In this document: piece by piece, positions 47,923 to 57,393 of the stretch
How positions within the stretch are numbered: position 1 is the stretch's first letter
How the letters are laid out: each line of letters begins with the position of its first letter
Assembly: GCA_963713825.1 (NCBI GenBank)
Contig: CAVQNG010000003.1
Location: forward strand, 160,001-224,000
DNA from: an uncultured Acidobacteriota bacterium
Lineage (GTDB): Bacteria; Acidobacteriota; Thermoanaerobaculia; Multivoradales; JAHEKO01
Reading direction: 5' to 3'
Length of the DNA: 64,000 nucleotides
The notes under the pieces: generated by a model
Database searches by the model: none
What the model was told of the DNA's origin: nothing
The model's input: the letters and a program-made list of their open reading frames with translations, nothing else
Position numbers and translations under genes: made by a program

Positions 47923-49371
47923 TTGGCGGCCAACCCGGAGCCCCCCTCGAAGCCTCTCTCGGTGGGCGCCGCTGCGCTGCCACTGCTCACCCTGGTTGCC
48001 TGCTTCGTCGTCGGCGGCTTCTTTTTCGAGCTCGACGCCGACATGCTGGTGCTGGCGCTGTTGACGGCCGCGAGCGTGGCCGGAATTCAGGCAGTCCTGC
48101 GCGGCGCAACCTGGCTGGACATCCAGCGCTCGACAGGCGAGAAGCTTGCAGCCGTCCTGCCCGTCATCCTGATCCTGCTGACCATCGGCATGCTGATCGG
48201 CACCTGGGTCCTTTCCGGCACGATACCGGTTCTGATCTCCGCAGGGATCCAGATCCTCAGCCCGAGGTTCTTCGTCCTTTCCGCCTTTCTGGTCACCGCC
48301 GTCATGTCGCTTTGCACCGGCACGTCATGGGGCTCGGCGGGGACCTTGGGTGTCGCCCTCATGGGCGCCGCGGCCGCCGTCAACGCACCCATGGCCGCTA
48401 CTGCCGGTGCGGTGATCTCAGGGGCCTACCTGGGCGACAAGATGTCGCCGTTGTCGGATTCGACCAACATCTGTGCCATCGGCGCCGGTGCCGACCTCTA
48501 CGCCCACATCCGGAACATGCTCTACACCGCAGTACCCTCTTCCCTCGTGGCGCTATTGGTCTACTCCACTCTCGGCCGCAGCGCTGCCGCAAGCACCCAG
48601 GTCGTGCCCGAGTCGGCCCAGACGTTGCTCACCGAGATGCATCGGGTCTTCACCCTCGATCTCTGGACGCTGCTTCCCTTGCTGGTCGTCCTGGCCGGGA
48701 TCGCCCTCAAGGTCGCGCCGGCCCTGGCCCTGGCAGCTTCCTCTCTGGTGGCCATGATCCTGGGTGGCTTCCTGCAGGGATTTGGCGTCCAGAGTGTTCT
48801 GACCTCGGCGGTGCGTGGCTTCGATCCTTCGATGGTGGCCGACCTGGGGCTGGACCCGGCCTCTCTGAGCGCATCGTTCGTCGAGTTGCTGGAGAGGGGC
48901 GGTCTCTACTCGATGGCAAGCACCCTGGTTCTGATCCTGGCCGCTTTCCTGCTGGCAGCGGGGATGGACGTCTCAGGTGCCCTGGACCGCCTGCTGCAGG
49001 CTTTGCTGGGAACCGTTCGCTCGACCTTTGGTCTCATCGCGGCCACCATGGCAGCGGGCACGACCATGATCTCCCTCACCAGCCATGGTGGAGTGACGGC
49101 GCTGATCGTCGGAGGCATGTTTCAGAAGGCCTATCGCCAACGGGGCCTGTCACCGGTGAATCTCTCGCGCTCCCTGGAAGACTCGGTCACCATCGTCGAG
49201 CCCCTCCTTCCCTGGACCGTCTCCGGGATCTTCATGTCCACCACTCTCGGCGTGCCGACCCTGGAGCTTCTGCCGTGGGCGGTATTTTGTTATGGCGGAC
49301 CGGTCTTCTCGCTGCTGTGGGCGGCCGGGTTCGACCGCACCGGTCTCGGGCTCAAGCGATTAGAAGAGTGA
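47923..49371 (+). CDS. NhaC-family transporter
   Basis: W..SGT.P, GTSWGS.GT.G, GA.ISGAY.GDKMSPLSD.TN, LSR.LED, L.PW. Confidence 0.92.
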   Translation: MAANPEPPSKPLSVGAAALPLLTLVACFVVGGFFFELDADMLVLALLTAASVAGIQAVLRGATWLDIQRSTGEKLAAVLPVILILLTIGMLIGTWVLSGTIPVLISAGIQILSPRFFVLSAFLVTAVMSLCTGTSWGSAGTLGVALMGAAAAVNAPMAATAGAVISGAYLGDKMSPLSDSTNICAIGAGADLYAHIRNMLYTAVPSSLVALLVYSTLGRSAAASTQVVPESAQTLLTEMHRVFTLDLWTLLPLLVVLAGIALKVAPALALAASSLVAMILGGFLQGFGVQSVLTSAVRGFDPSMVADLGLDPASLSASFVELLERGGLYSMASTLVLILAAFLLAAGMDVSGALDRLLQALLGTVRSTFGLIAATMAAGTTMISLTSHGGVTALIVGGMFQKAYRQRGLSPVNLSRSLEDSVTIVEPLLPWTVSGIFMSTTLGVPTLELLPWAVFCYGGPVFSLLWAAGFDRTGLGLKRLEE

Positions 49372-49400
49372 TCTGAGGCCAGGTCGTCTGGATGGCTGGT

Positions 49401-51818
49401 TCAACTCTTCCTGGACCGGCCCCGGACGTACCGCCTGTAGAGGCCCCAGAGAATCAACAGGGGGCCGGTCGTAAAGGGCAAGGCTGCTCCCGCGGCGAAC
49501 GCGACGTTGCCACCCAGTGCCATCGACAACTGATCACGGAAGGGATCGTCGTTGATCAGGTAGGTCCAAGTCGACGACGGGCCCCTGAGGCCCTCCTTGT
49601 CGAGGTCGATTCCTGCCGGACCGATCGTCACGGCCTCGAGAGCCCGGACGGCCTCGTCCTCCACCTGGCTCTCCATGTCCCCGAAGGCATCGGCCGCGAG
49701 CAGTACGTACTCTGCGAACGGGTCCTGACCACTGACACGCCGCAGGTGGATCCCTTCGCGAATCTCTCCCATGTTGGCGAGGTGCTCGCTCCAGAATCGA
49801 TCGAGTTGAAACAGGAGGATCCGCTTTTCGGCCTCGGCCAGCGCCTCCCCACTCACCACTGCAGAGAGCTCCTCGAAGCGGCCCGGCGATAGCTCGACAA
49901 GGCGACCCGCCACCCGACCCAGCAGAAGATCTTCCCGGCGCTTCTGCACGATCCTGCGCTGCTCCTCGAGAACCGACGAGTATCCATACAGCGTCTTGCG
50001 GGTCTCGACGTTCTGACCTTCCACGATGCGCTGCGCTCGGGCGATCTCGCGCCGGATGACCGGATTGTCGAGGGGCTCGTCCTGCTCTTTCGGCAGCAGC
50101 TTCGGAGGAATGAGATTGCGCACGCCGTAGCGCACGATCAGGTCGTCTTCGAGGCTGATGAAGAAGCGCGACGAGCCCGGATCACCCTGGCGCCCGGCCC
50201 TACCCTTGAGCTGCTCGTCGATCCGCAGGCTCTCATGTCGGTTCGTACCGATGACGTAGAGCCCACCGAGAGCAACCACCTCCTCACGACTGCCCTCGTC
50301 GGCTCCACCGAGTCGGATGTCGGTGCCCCGACCCGCCATGTTGGTGGAGATCGTGACCGCTCCGAGAGCACCGGCCTCGGCGATGATGGCGGCCTCCATC
50401 GCGTCGTTTCTGGCATTCAGAATCTGCGTCTCGACGCCGGATTGCCGCAGCAGAGTGGCCAGCTCTTCGGACTCTTTGACGCTCGCCGTACCCACGAGGA
50501 TCGGCCTTCTCGTGGCATGGACGTTCTGGATCTCCTCGGCGAGCGCCCGGTGCTTGGCCGATTGGTGGGTGAAGACCTCATCGGCATGGTCGATACGGAT
50601 CGACTCGCGATTCTGGGGAATGACCACGACCTCTACGCCATAGGTCCGGGTCAACTCGTCGGCCGCTGGGCTGGCCGTAGCGGTCATTCCAGCGAGCCTC
50701 GGATAGAGGCGAACGAAGTGCTGCAAGGTGATCGAGCCCAGGACCCGGCCTTCCGGGCGCAGCTTCAGCCCTTCCTTGGCCTCCAGCGCGGCCTGCAAGC
50801 CGTCGGGCCAGTGCCGGTCTTCCACGACCCGACCGGTGAACTCGTCCACCAGCTGAATCCGACCCTCCCGAACGATGTAGTCGACGTCCCTTCGCAACAG
50901 CACCTTCGCATGCAAGGCACAGTTGATGCCCGTTAGAAGCGCCAGGTTCTCGGCCGCCAGCAGGTTGCCACAGCCGAGCATCGCCTCCACGCGATCGATC
51001 CCGACCGCTGTCAGCTCGATGTTTCTAGAGTACTCGTCGGTGTCGAAGTGCTGGTCGGGGTCGAGCCGGTCCACGATCTCGGCCAGAGAGTACGGTGTCT
51101 CCTCGGGAGGGCCGAGACTGCCCGCGATGACCAGGGGAACCCTCGCCTCGTCGATGAGGATCGAATCCGCTTCGTCCACAATGGCCAGGTGAAACGGCCT
51201 GTGCACGATCTCTTTTGGCTCGGAAGCGAGGCACGATCGAAGCAGATCGAAACCCGCCTCCTTGGCCGTGACATAGGTGATGTCGCAGGCATACGCCGCC
51301 TGTCGCTCCACAGGACTCATGCCCTGACCCACCCACCCCACACTCAGGCCCAGGAAGCGATAGACCGGGCCCATCCATTCGGCATCGCGGCGGGCCAGAT
51401 AGTCGTTGAAAGTGAGGAGATGGACCCCCCTGCGGGTGAGGCCGCCGAGGTAGGCCGGTAAGACCGCCGTCAGCGTCTTGCCCTCGCCAGTGGCCATCTC
51501 GACGAGCCGGCCATCGTGCATGGCCAGTGCCGCGAGGATCTGCACCTCGAAGGGGCGCTGACCCAGAATCCTCCAGGCGGCTTCTCGGACAAGAGCGGCA
51601 GCCTCCTCGACGATGCCTTCGCTAGAGGCAGCCTCGCGGAGTCGGCTGCCAAGTCGCTCTGAGGACTGACGAAGAGTGTGGTCGTCGAGCCGTTTCAGCC
51701 GGGGCTCGAGGCGATCGATCTCGGCCAATCGGTGTCGATAGCGCCCGAGATCGTGCAGGTCCGGTCCGCCGTTCCAGAGCTCCAAACGGTGACGGACTCC
51801 TGTGGTCCTGGAGGCCAT
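49401..51818 (-). CDS. secA2: Accessory Sec translocase SecA2 with a hydrophobic C-terminal extension
   Basis: EMATGEGKT, NDYLA.RD, DEADSILIDEAR, TNMAGRGTDI.LGG, GRAGRQGDPG; 805 aa; no Zn-binding C-tail. Confidence 0.88.
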   Translation of the reverse strand: MASRTTGVRHRLELWNGGPDLHDLGRYRHRLAEIDRLEPRLKRLDDHTLRQSSERLGSRLREAASSEGIVEEAAALVREAAWRILGQRPFEVQILAALAMHDGRLVEMATGEGKTLTAVLPAYLGGLTRRGVHLLTFNDYLARRDAEWMGPVYRFLGLSVGWVGQGMSPVERQAAYACDITYVTAKEAGFDLLRSCLASEPKEIVHRPFHLAIVDEADSILIDEARVPLVIAGSLGPPEETPYSLAEIVDRLDPDQHFDTDEYSRNIELTAVGIDRVEAMLGCGNLLAAENLALLTGINCALHAKVLLRRDVDYIVREGRIQLVDEFTGRVVEDRHWPDGLQAALEAKEGLKLRPEGRVLGSITLQHFVRLYPRLAGMTATASPAADELTRTYGVEVVVIPQNRESIRIDHADEVFTHQSAKHRALAEEIQNVHATRRPILVGTASVKESEELATLLRQSGVETQILNARNDAMEAAIIAEAGALGAVTISTNMAGRGTDIRLGGADEGSREEVVALGGLYVIGTNRHESLRIDEQLKGRAGRQGDPGSSRFFISLEDDLIVRYGVRNLIPPKLLPKEQDEPLDNPVIRREIARAQRIVEGQNVETRKTLYGYSSVLEEQRRIVQKRREDLLLGRVAGRLVELSPGRFEELSAVVSGEALAEAEKRILLFQLDRFWSEHLANMGEIREGIHLRRVSGQDPFAEYVLLAADAFGDMESQVEDEAVRALEAVTIGPAGIDLDKEGLRGPSSTWTYLINDDPFRDQLSMALGGNVAFAAGAALPFTTGPLLILWGLYRRYVRGRSRKS

Positions 51819-51896
51819 GATCTCCTGCCAGGTCTTTGAAGCCTGGTCAGAACATCATCGCACAGCGAAAGACCGTTCTTGGAGTTGGAGAACGTT

Positions 51897-52535
51897 TCAG
51901 GAAACGGCCTCGGCCAGCAAATCGTCGCTGATATAGACGATGCCCTGAAACATGTGGCGGGCGGCCTCCAGGAGCCGGTCGGAGTCCTCCTGCGAGAAAT
52001 CGACCTCGTCCATGGTGGCGCGGAAAGCTTGCCAGCGCTCCCGTTGCTCGTCGCCGTAGGGGTCGAGATATCGAAGACCTGGCCCGGGAGCCATACCGTA
52101 GGCGGGCATCAATCCCCGGGCGATAAAGCGCGAGCCGTTGTTGCTACCTTCCAGAACATAGTGCAATCCGAGCAGGGATGTCGGCTGGTCAGCCATCTGC
52201 TCGATCTCGTCGATAAGGCGCTGGGTTCCCGCGAGGGGCTCGATCGAGTCGGGATCGACTTCGAAGAACTCCAGATCCTCCACCAGGTAGGGAACCTGAT
52301 ACTGCCTTTCGTCGACGACCGAGCGAATCGCTTCCGAAGTCTCGGCTGCATTGCGAAGCTGTTGCTCGAGGGCTTTGTGCACCAGGTACATCTGCTCCAG
52401 ATAGCTCACGTAGCGGTCTTTGGGAAGAGAACCCTGGGCAAAAGCGCGCTGGAAGTCGTGATGCTCAGCCGCATCGTGCAGATCTCGGGTCGATTCGCGT
52501 AGTCGCTGCATGACGCTCTGTGTCTCTTCAGTCAT
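51897..52535 (-). CDS. Biliverdin-producing heme oxygenase
   Basis: LRESTRDLHDAAE (proximal His), L..DL, YVLEGS..G, A..MF. Confidence 0.88.
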   Translation of the reverse strand: MTEETQSVMQRLRESTRDLHDAAEHHDFQRAFAQGSLPKDRYVSYLEQMYLVHKALEQQLRNAAETSEAIRSVVDERQYQVPYLVEDLEFFEVDPDSIEPLAGTQRLIDEIEQMADQPTSLLGLHYVLEGSNNGSRFIARGLMPAYGMAPGPGLRYLDPYGDEQRERWQAFRATMDEVDFSQEDSDRLLEAARHMFQGIVYISDDLLAEAVS

Positions 52536-52587
52536 CGTTCTCCTCCAACCTGGCTCTCTCGAGGAACGGAGAGCTCCTCTCGCCGAG

Positions 52588-52695
52588 TCAATCGCCGACC
52601 AGGACCAGGGCCATCAACGCCACCCCGAGCCAGATCAACCCCTTGACGGTGAAGAAGACCACTCCGGCCAGACCGAACCGTTTCAGCCATCTCAT
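52588..52695 (-). CDS. Small 35-aa membrane protein
   Basis: MRWLKRFGLAGVVFFTVKGLIWLGVALMALVLVGD; GGAGAGG RBS; lies between a promoter and the heme oxygenase; below the ORF-track cutoff. Confidence 0.65.
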   Translation of the reverse strand: MRWLKRFGLAGVVFFTVKGLIWLGVALMALVLVGD

Positions 52696-52753
52696 CAACT
52701 CGAACGACCTCTCCAATTGCTACTGCTTCTGTCTTTCGGGTCCTAGCCGATCG

Positions 52754-52782
52754 ACCTTATGAGGAGCCGTTGCGGGTGTCAA
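52754..52782 (-). promoter_or_regulatory. Putative sigma70 promoter for the small ORF-heme oxygenase unit
   Basis: Minus strand TTGACA-17 nt-TAAGGT. Confidence 0.6.
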
Positions 52783-52895
52783 CCTTCTGGGCTCTTTGAC
52801 TGACAAGTCAGGTACTATGAGCGCCAACCGCGCGCCATCGACCTCGACAACTCACTACCCACAACAACCGTCGGAAGAACGATCCGAGGAATCCC

Positions 52896-55817
52896 ATGCT
52901 CAAGTTGACTCGCCTACTGCCTGTTCTCGTTCTCGTGCTGGCAGCCATTCCCGTTCACGGCAATACCTCACTAGGACAGGTGGAGGGCATCTCCACCGAC
53001 GAGCTTTTTCCCTGGGCCTCCTTCGACGCCTCGATTCCGACGCAGGAAGCCGTGACCGGGGTCAAACCTGGTAGTCGACCTCTGAGACACGAGGAGGTAC
53101 TGCGATATTTCGAAGCGCTGGCAGAAGCCTCGTCACGGGCCGCGCTCCAGACCTATGCCCACAGCCACGAAGGTAGGCCCCTGGTACTGCTGGCGGTCAG
53201 CGACGAAGCGACCATCGCCGGTCTCGAGAGCTTCAGGCAGGTCCACTCACAGAGATTGGACCCGCGAGACAGGAGCTCCTCCGAGGATACGGATGCCGTT
53301 GCCGGAGCCAAAGCGGTGGCCTGGATGGCCTACGGGATCCACGGCGACGAGCTGTCGAGCACCGACGCCTCGGCTTCACTGGCCTACTGGCTGATTGCCG
53401 GTGAAGACCAACGAGCCCAGGCAGTGCGCGAAGGGCTCGTCGTGCTCATCGATCCGATGGAGAATCCCGACGGTCGCGAGCGATTCCTGGCGCAGACCGC
53501 TGCCTTCGCCCACAAGGTTCCCAACCCCGACCAGGACGACCTCTCCCACACGACGGTCTGGCCCGGGGGAAGGGGAAATCACTACCTCTTCGATCTCAAC
53601 CGGGACTGGTTCTCCATGGTGCATCCCGAGAGCGCTCGGTCCGAGATCCTGGCTGGCTGGAATCCCCAGATCGTCCTCGACTGTCACGAGATGGGGAACG
53701 ACGCGACCTACCTCTTTTCTCCTCCAAGAGAACCGTTCAATCCGCTGCTCCCCGACTACAGCGGGAAATGGTGGGATCGCTTCTCTGCCGATCAGGCCAA
53801 GGCGCTGGACGAAAGGGGATACAGCTACTACACCGGTGAATGGAACGAGGAGTTCTTTCCCGGCTACGGATCGTCGTGGCCGGCATATCTAGGGGCCCTC
53901 GGGATTCTCTACGAGATGTCCGGCACCGACGGCACTCTGGTTCGACGGCAGGACGGTTCGGTGCGAACCTACGGAGAAGCCGTGGAGCACCAGGTCACGA
54001 GCTCCGTGGCGAACCTCGAGTCCCTGGCTGCCAACCGCCAGGAGTTCCTCGAAGACTTCGTCAGCGCCAGGAGAGTCGCGATCACATCTCCCAAAGGCCC
54101 AGCTCGCGCCTGGCTCCTGCCTCCTGGGCGTAGCCCGAAACGGACCGACGACCTGGCTCGACTCCTGAGACGACAGGGCATCGAGGTCTACCGATCGCAG
54201 ACCAACATGAACCTCGCCGGCCTACGAGACGCTCGCACCGGTGAGCAGACCACGCAGGACCTTCCTGCTGGCACCTGGATGGTGCCTCTGGACCAGCCAG
54301 CCTCACCACTGGCAAGTGTGCTGCTGGACCCTCATGTGCCCATGTCCTCCGCTGCCCTGCAGGAGGAGCGCGAGTCCATCGAGCGTGGTGATGGCTCACG
54401 GCTGTATGACACCACCGCCTGGTCGTTGCCGTTGATCTATGGAGTCGAGTCCTACTGGACGGCGACCAAGCCCGGTGGAGACTGGTCCTTGGAGGCGGAA
54501 CCGGCGGATCGCGTGGGAGGACTGGAGGCTGTTCCCTCCGCCTACGGCTATCTTGCGGACGCCGACGACGACGATGTCATGGGGGCTCTCGCCGCGCTCC
54601 TGCAATCGGGCATTACAGTCCAGGCCGCCAACAAGCCCTTCACGATCGGTGGCAGAGACTACGATCGCGGCACCCTGCTCGTTCGTCGCGAAGGCAACCC
54701 AGACGACCTCGAGAGCCAGCTCGAGACCATTGCCAAGACCTGGGGGGTGACGCTACGCGGGACCTCGACCGCCGATTCCGAGGAGGGCCCCGATCTGGGT
54801 GGCAATCATTTCGAAACACTCCAGTTGCCCAGGGTGGGGGTCCTGACCGGATCCCCTGTCTCTTCGACCGACTATGGCTCACTTTGGTACGTGCTCGATG
54901 AACGGGTGGGGCTCCGCTTCAGCGGCATCGACATCGGCCGACTTCGTTTCGTGGATCTGCAACGCTACAACGTGATCATTCTTCCTCCTGCCTGGGGCGG
55001 CGCCGATGCCTACCGTCAAGCCCTGGGCGAGCCGGGGATCGCGACTCTCAAGGCCTGGATCGAGGGTGGAGGCACGGCAATCGGCCTCGCCGGCGGCGCC
55101 CAGTTCCTGGCCGACTCCGGCATGGAGCTGACCAGGACCCGACTACGGAGCCAGGCGCTGAGTGACTTTCCTCCGATCATGCTCGGAGCATCGGCGCTAG
55201 CGGTTCAAGAGGCATCACCGATGAGGGCCGATGGCTGGTCGGGAACGCCCGTCTCCGACAGCGGTGTGGCTCCGGCGATCGAGGTACCCTCGGTTCTCGG
55301 CGCTGGCGCGAAACCCTTCGCGCCGGCAGCCGCAACTCCAAACCTGATGCCCGAAGGGCTCGAAGACTGGTTCGCACCGGTGCTGCCCTCCGGCCGGATC
55401 AAGCCGAGTGAGGAGGAGACCACGGAGGCCGACGCGCGACTGCGCGCCTTCTCACCGCAAGGTGCACTGCTCCGTACCGAGTTGGCTCCAAGGCACTGGA
55501 TGAGTTGGGGGCTGCCGGACGAGATCGCCGTGCTGCTGGGAGCTTCCGACACCTTCGTGGCCAGCGGTGGTGTGGACATCGTGGCGCGGTTTCCCGAGCC
55601 CGGGCGGATTCACTTGGGAGGTCTGTTGTGGCCCGAGGCGGCAGGCCGCCTGGCACACACGGCCTACGCGACTCGGGAGCGTCGTGGCGATGGTCAGGTG
55701 ATCCTCTTTCTCGATCATCCGACTTTCCGTGCCTGGCCCCTCGACTCGCAGCGGATGCTGCTCAACGCGCTGCTCTACGGCCCGGGCATCGGCACGAGCT
55801 GGCCGCGACCCTGGTAG
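52896..55817 (+). CDS. Secreted M14 zinc carboxypeptidase-family protein
   Basis: EGRPL, IHGDE, NPDG, GRGNHY.FDLNRDW, D.HEM; signal peptide. Confidence 0.9.
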   Translation: MLKLTRLLPVLVLVLAAIPVHGNTSLGQVEGISTDELFPWASFDASIPTQEAVTGVKPGSRPLRHEEVLRYFEALAEASSRAALQTYAHSHEGRPLVLLAVSDEATIAGLESFRQVHSQRLDPRDRSSSEDTDAVAGAKAVAWMAYGIHGDELSSTDASASLAYWLIAGEDQRAQAVREGLVVLIDPMENPDGRERFLAQTAAFAHKVPNPDQDDLSHTTVWPGGRGNHYLFDLNRDWFSMVHPESARSEILAGWNPQIVLDCHEMGNDATYLFSPPREPFNPLLPDYSGKWWDRFSADQAKALDERGYSYYTGEWNEEFFPGYGSSWPAYLGALGILYEMSGTDGTLVRRQDGSVRTYGEAVEHQVTSSVANLESLAANRQEFLEDFVSARRVAITSPKGPARAWLLPPGRSPKRTDDLARLLRRQGIEVYRSQTNMNLAGLRDARTGEQTTQDLPAGTWMVPLDQPASPLASVLLDPHVPMSSAALQEERESIERGDGSRLYDTTAWSLPLIYGVESYWTATKPGGDWSLEAEPADRVGGLEAVPSAYGYLADADDDDVMGALAALLQSGITVQAANKPFTIGGRDYDRGTLLVRREGNPDDLESQLETIAKTWGVTLRGTSTADSEEGPDLGGNHFETLQLPRVGVLTGSPVSSTDYGSLWYVLDERVGLRFSGIDIGRLRFVDLQRYNVIILPPAWGGADAYRQALGEPGIATLKAWIEGGGTAIGLAGGAQFLADSGMELTRTRLRSQALSDFPPIMLGASALAVQEASPMRADGWSGTPVSDSGVAPAIEVPSVLGAGAKPFAPAAATPNLMPEGLEDWFAPVLPSGRIKPSEEETTEADARLRAFSPQGALLRTELAPRHWMSWGLPDEIAVLLGASDTFVASGGVDIVARFPEPGRIHLGGLLWPEAAGRLAHTAYATRERRGDGQVILFLDHPTFRAWPLDSQRMLLNALLYGPGIGTSWPRPW

Positions 55818-55823
55818 GCGAGC

Positions 55824-55895
55824 GGACTTCGTCCGCTCGGGGTTGAGGCGTCCGGCGGCGGCCTTCCACCCGTCTTGGGGCTTGGGGTTGAAGCG
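55824..55895. repeat. Partial copy of the intergenic repeat family
   Basis: CGGACTTCGTC, GGGGTTGAGGCGTCCGG and TCTTGGGGCTTGGGGTTGAA as in copies A and B. Confidence 0.65.
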
Positions 55896-55988
55896 GCTGT
55901 CGCTTGCTCCTGCCGATCTTTGGGGCAGTGGGCCCCCACTCATTCCCCTAGGCCCCTAAGCCCCAACAAAAAACGGCCGGCAGAGGCG

Positions 55989-57352
55989 TGTTCAGCCTCA
56001 GGACATAGGTAACACTTTGGCCTCAACACATCGGTAACACTTTTCGAGTGGCATGCTCTGCCTTCAGCAAAGGAGGTGGGGATGCCGTGGAAGGAGACCG
56101 ATGTGCGGAGCGAGCGGATCCGTTTCGTAGTGGAAGCGGCGGGTGGCCAGGAGACGATGCGCGCCTTGTGTGAGCGTTTTGGCATCAGTCGCAAGACCGG
56201 CTATAAGTGGTTGCGACGCTGGGAGCAGGTGGGGTCGTTGGGAGCCTTGGACGAGCATTCCCGCCGGCCTCACCACAGTCCCCGACAGACGGCGGTCGAG
56301 ATCGAGGATCGGGTCGTGGCGCTGCGGCTTCAGTACGGCTGGGGCTCGCGCAAGCTGCGCTGCTTGCTGCAGCGCGAAGGGCTCGCACTGGGTCGAGCGA
56401 CGATCGACCGGATCCTTGCCCGTCGAGGTTTGATAGGCGAGTCCACGCGGTCTCGGCCCGCCGTGCAGCGCTTTGAGCGTTCGGCGCCGAATGAATTGCT
56501 ACAGATGGATTTCAAGGGTCCTTATGAGCTGCGCCATGGCCGGACCTGCTTGCCCTTGAGCCTGCTGGATGATCACAGCCGCTATGCCCTGGCACTGGCT
56601 CCTTTGACCTCCACCCACGGAGCCAAGGTCCAGCGGATCCTCGAGGCGAGCTTTGAGCGCTACGGTGTGCCGGAGGCGATCCTGGTGGATCATGGGACCC
56701 CTTGGTGGTCCTCGACCAATGGTCATGGCTTGACCCGTCTGGGGGTGTTTCTGATTCGTCAGGGAGTACGTCTCGTCTACTCCGGCATCGGTCACCCGCA
56801 GACGCAGGGCAAGGTCGAGCGGTTTCATCAAACGCTCGGCGACTGGCTCTGCCACCACGGCATTCCCGCCACACGCAGGGGCTTCCAGGAGACCCTGGAG
56901 TGCTTTCGTCGGGAGTACAACGAGGTGCGACCCCACGAGGCTTTAGCTCTGGAGACTCCGAGTCAGCGCTACCGGCCCTCCACTCGGCGCTACGAGCCGA
57001 ATCCACCCGCCTGGCAGTACCCGCTCGGTGCCGAGGTGCGGCGGTTAGTCCACAATGGCTGTCTGTTTGAAGCTGGACGCTACCACTTCGTCTGTCATGC
57101 CCTGGCGGGTCGCAGAGTGCGGCTGGAACGGTTTGCAGATCGTATTCTGATCTCGTACCGGCACATGCTGATTCGTGAGCTCGATCCGACGACGGGCAAG
57201 AGTCGCTCCATCCTCAAGCCCTATGGCCCGACCGGGCACGAGGACGGAGGGGGCCCTACGGTCCTACGGACCTCCGGGACCCCTCCCAGCGACTGCTAGA
57301 GTGTTACCCATGTCCTGAGGCCATTGTGTTACCCATGTGGTGGGGCCATACA
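55989..57352 (+). mobile_element. IS481-family insertion sequence with an 8-bp target duplication
   Basis: TGT...ACA ends; imperfect IRs TGTTCAGCCTCAGGACATAGGTAACAC / TGTATGGCCCCACCACATGGGTAACAC, each end with two GGTAACAC boxes; direct repeat CAGAGGCG at 55981-55988 and 57353-57360. Confidence 0.93.
56082..57299 (+). CDS. IS481-family DDE transposase
   Basis: MPWKE, GISRKTGYKW, QMDFKG, DDHSRY, DHG.PW, HPQTQGKVERFH, YN..RPHEAL; AGGAGG RBS. Confidence 0.96.
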   Translation: MPWKETDVRSERIRFVVEAAGGQETMRALCERFGISRKTGYKWLRRWEQVGSLGALDEHSRRPHHSPRQTAVEIEDRVVALRLQYGWGSRKLRCLLQREGLALGRATIDRILARRGLIGESTRSRPAVQRFERSAPNELLQMDFKGPYELRHGRTCLPLSLLDDHSRYALALAPLTSTHGAKVQRILEASFERYGVPEAILVDHGTPWWSSTNGHGLTRLGVFLIRQGVRLVYSGIGHPQTQGKVERFHQTLGDWLCHHGIPATRRGFQETLECFRREYNEVRPHEALALETPSQRYRPSTRRYEPNPPAWQYPLGAEVRRLVHNGCLFEAGRYHFVCHALAGRRVRLERFADRILISYRHMLIRELDPTTGKSRSILKPYGPTGHEDGGGPTVLRTSGTPPSDC

Positions 57353-57393
57353 CAGAGGCGCCGGCCGCTTCAAGATCTCGAGTCGATCGCTCG

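Noticed and set aside
52797-52810. TGACT-N4-AGTCA palindrome as a TetR-type operator for the M14 gene
   Set aside because: It is short, single-copy and has no regulator nearby, so it could be chance.
55983-57360. Alternative IS boundary at 57354 with a 6-bp DR (GAGGCG)
   Set aside because: An end at 57352 aligns both IRs without gaps and gives a longer perfect 8-bp duplication.
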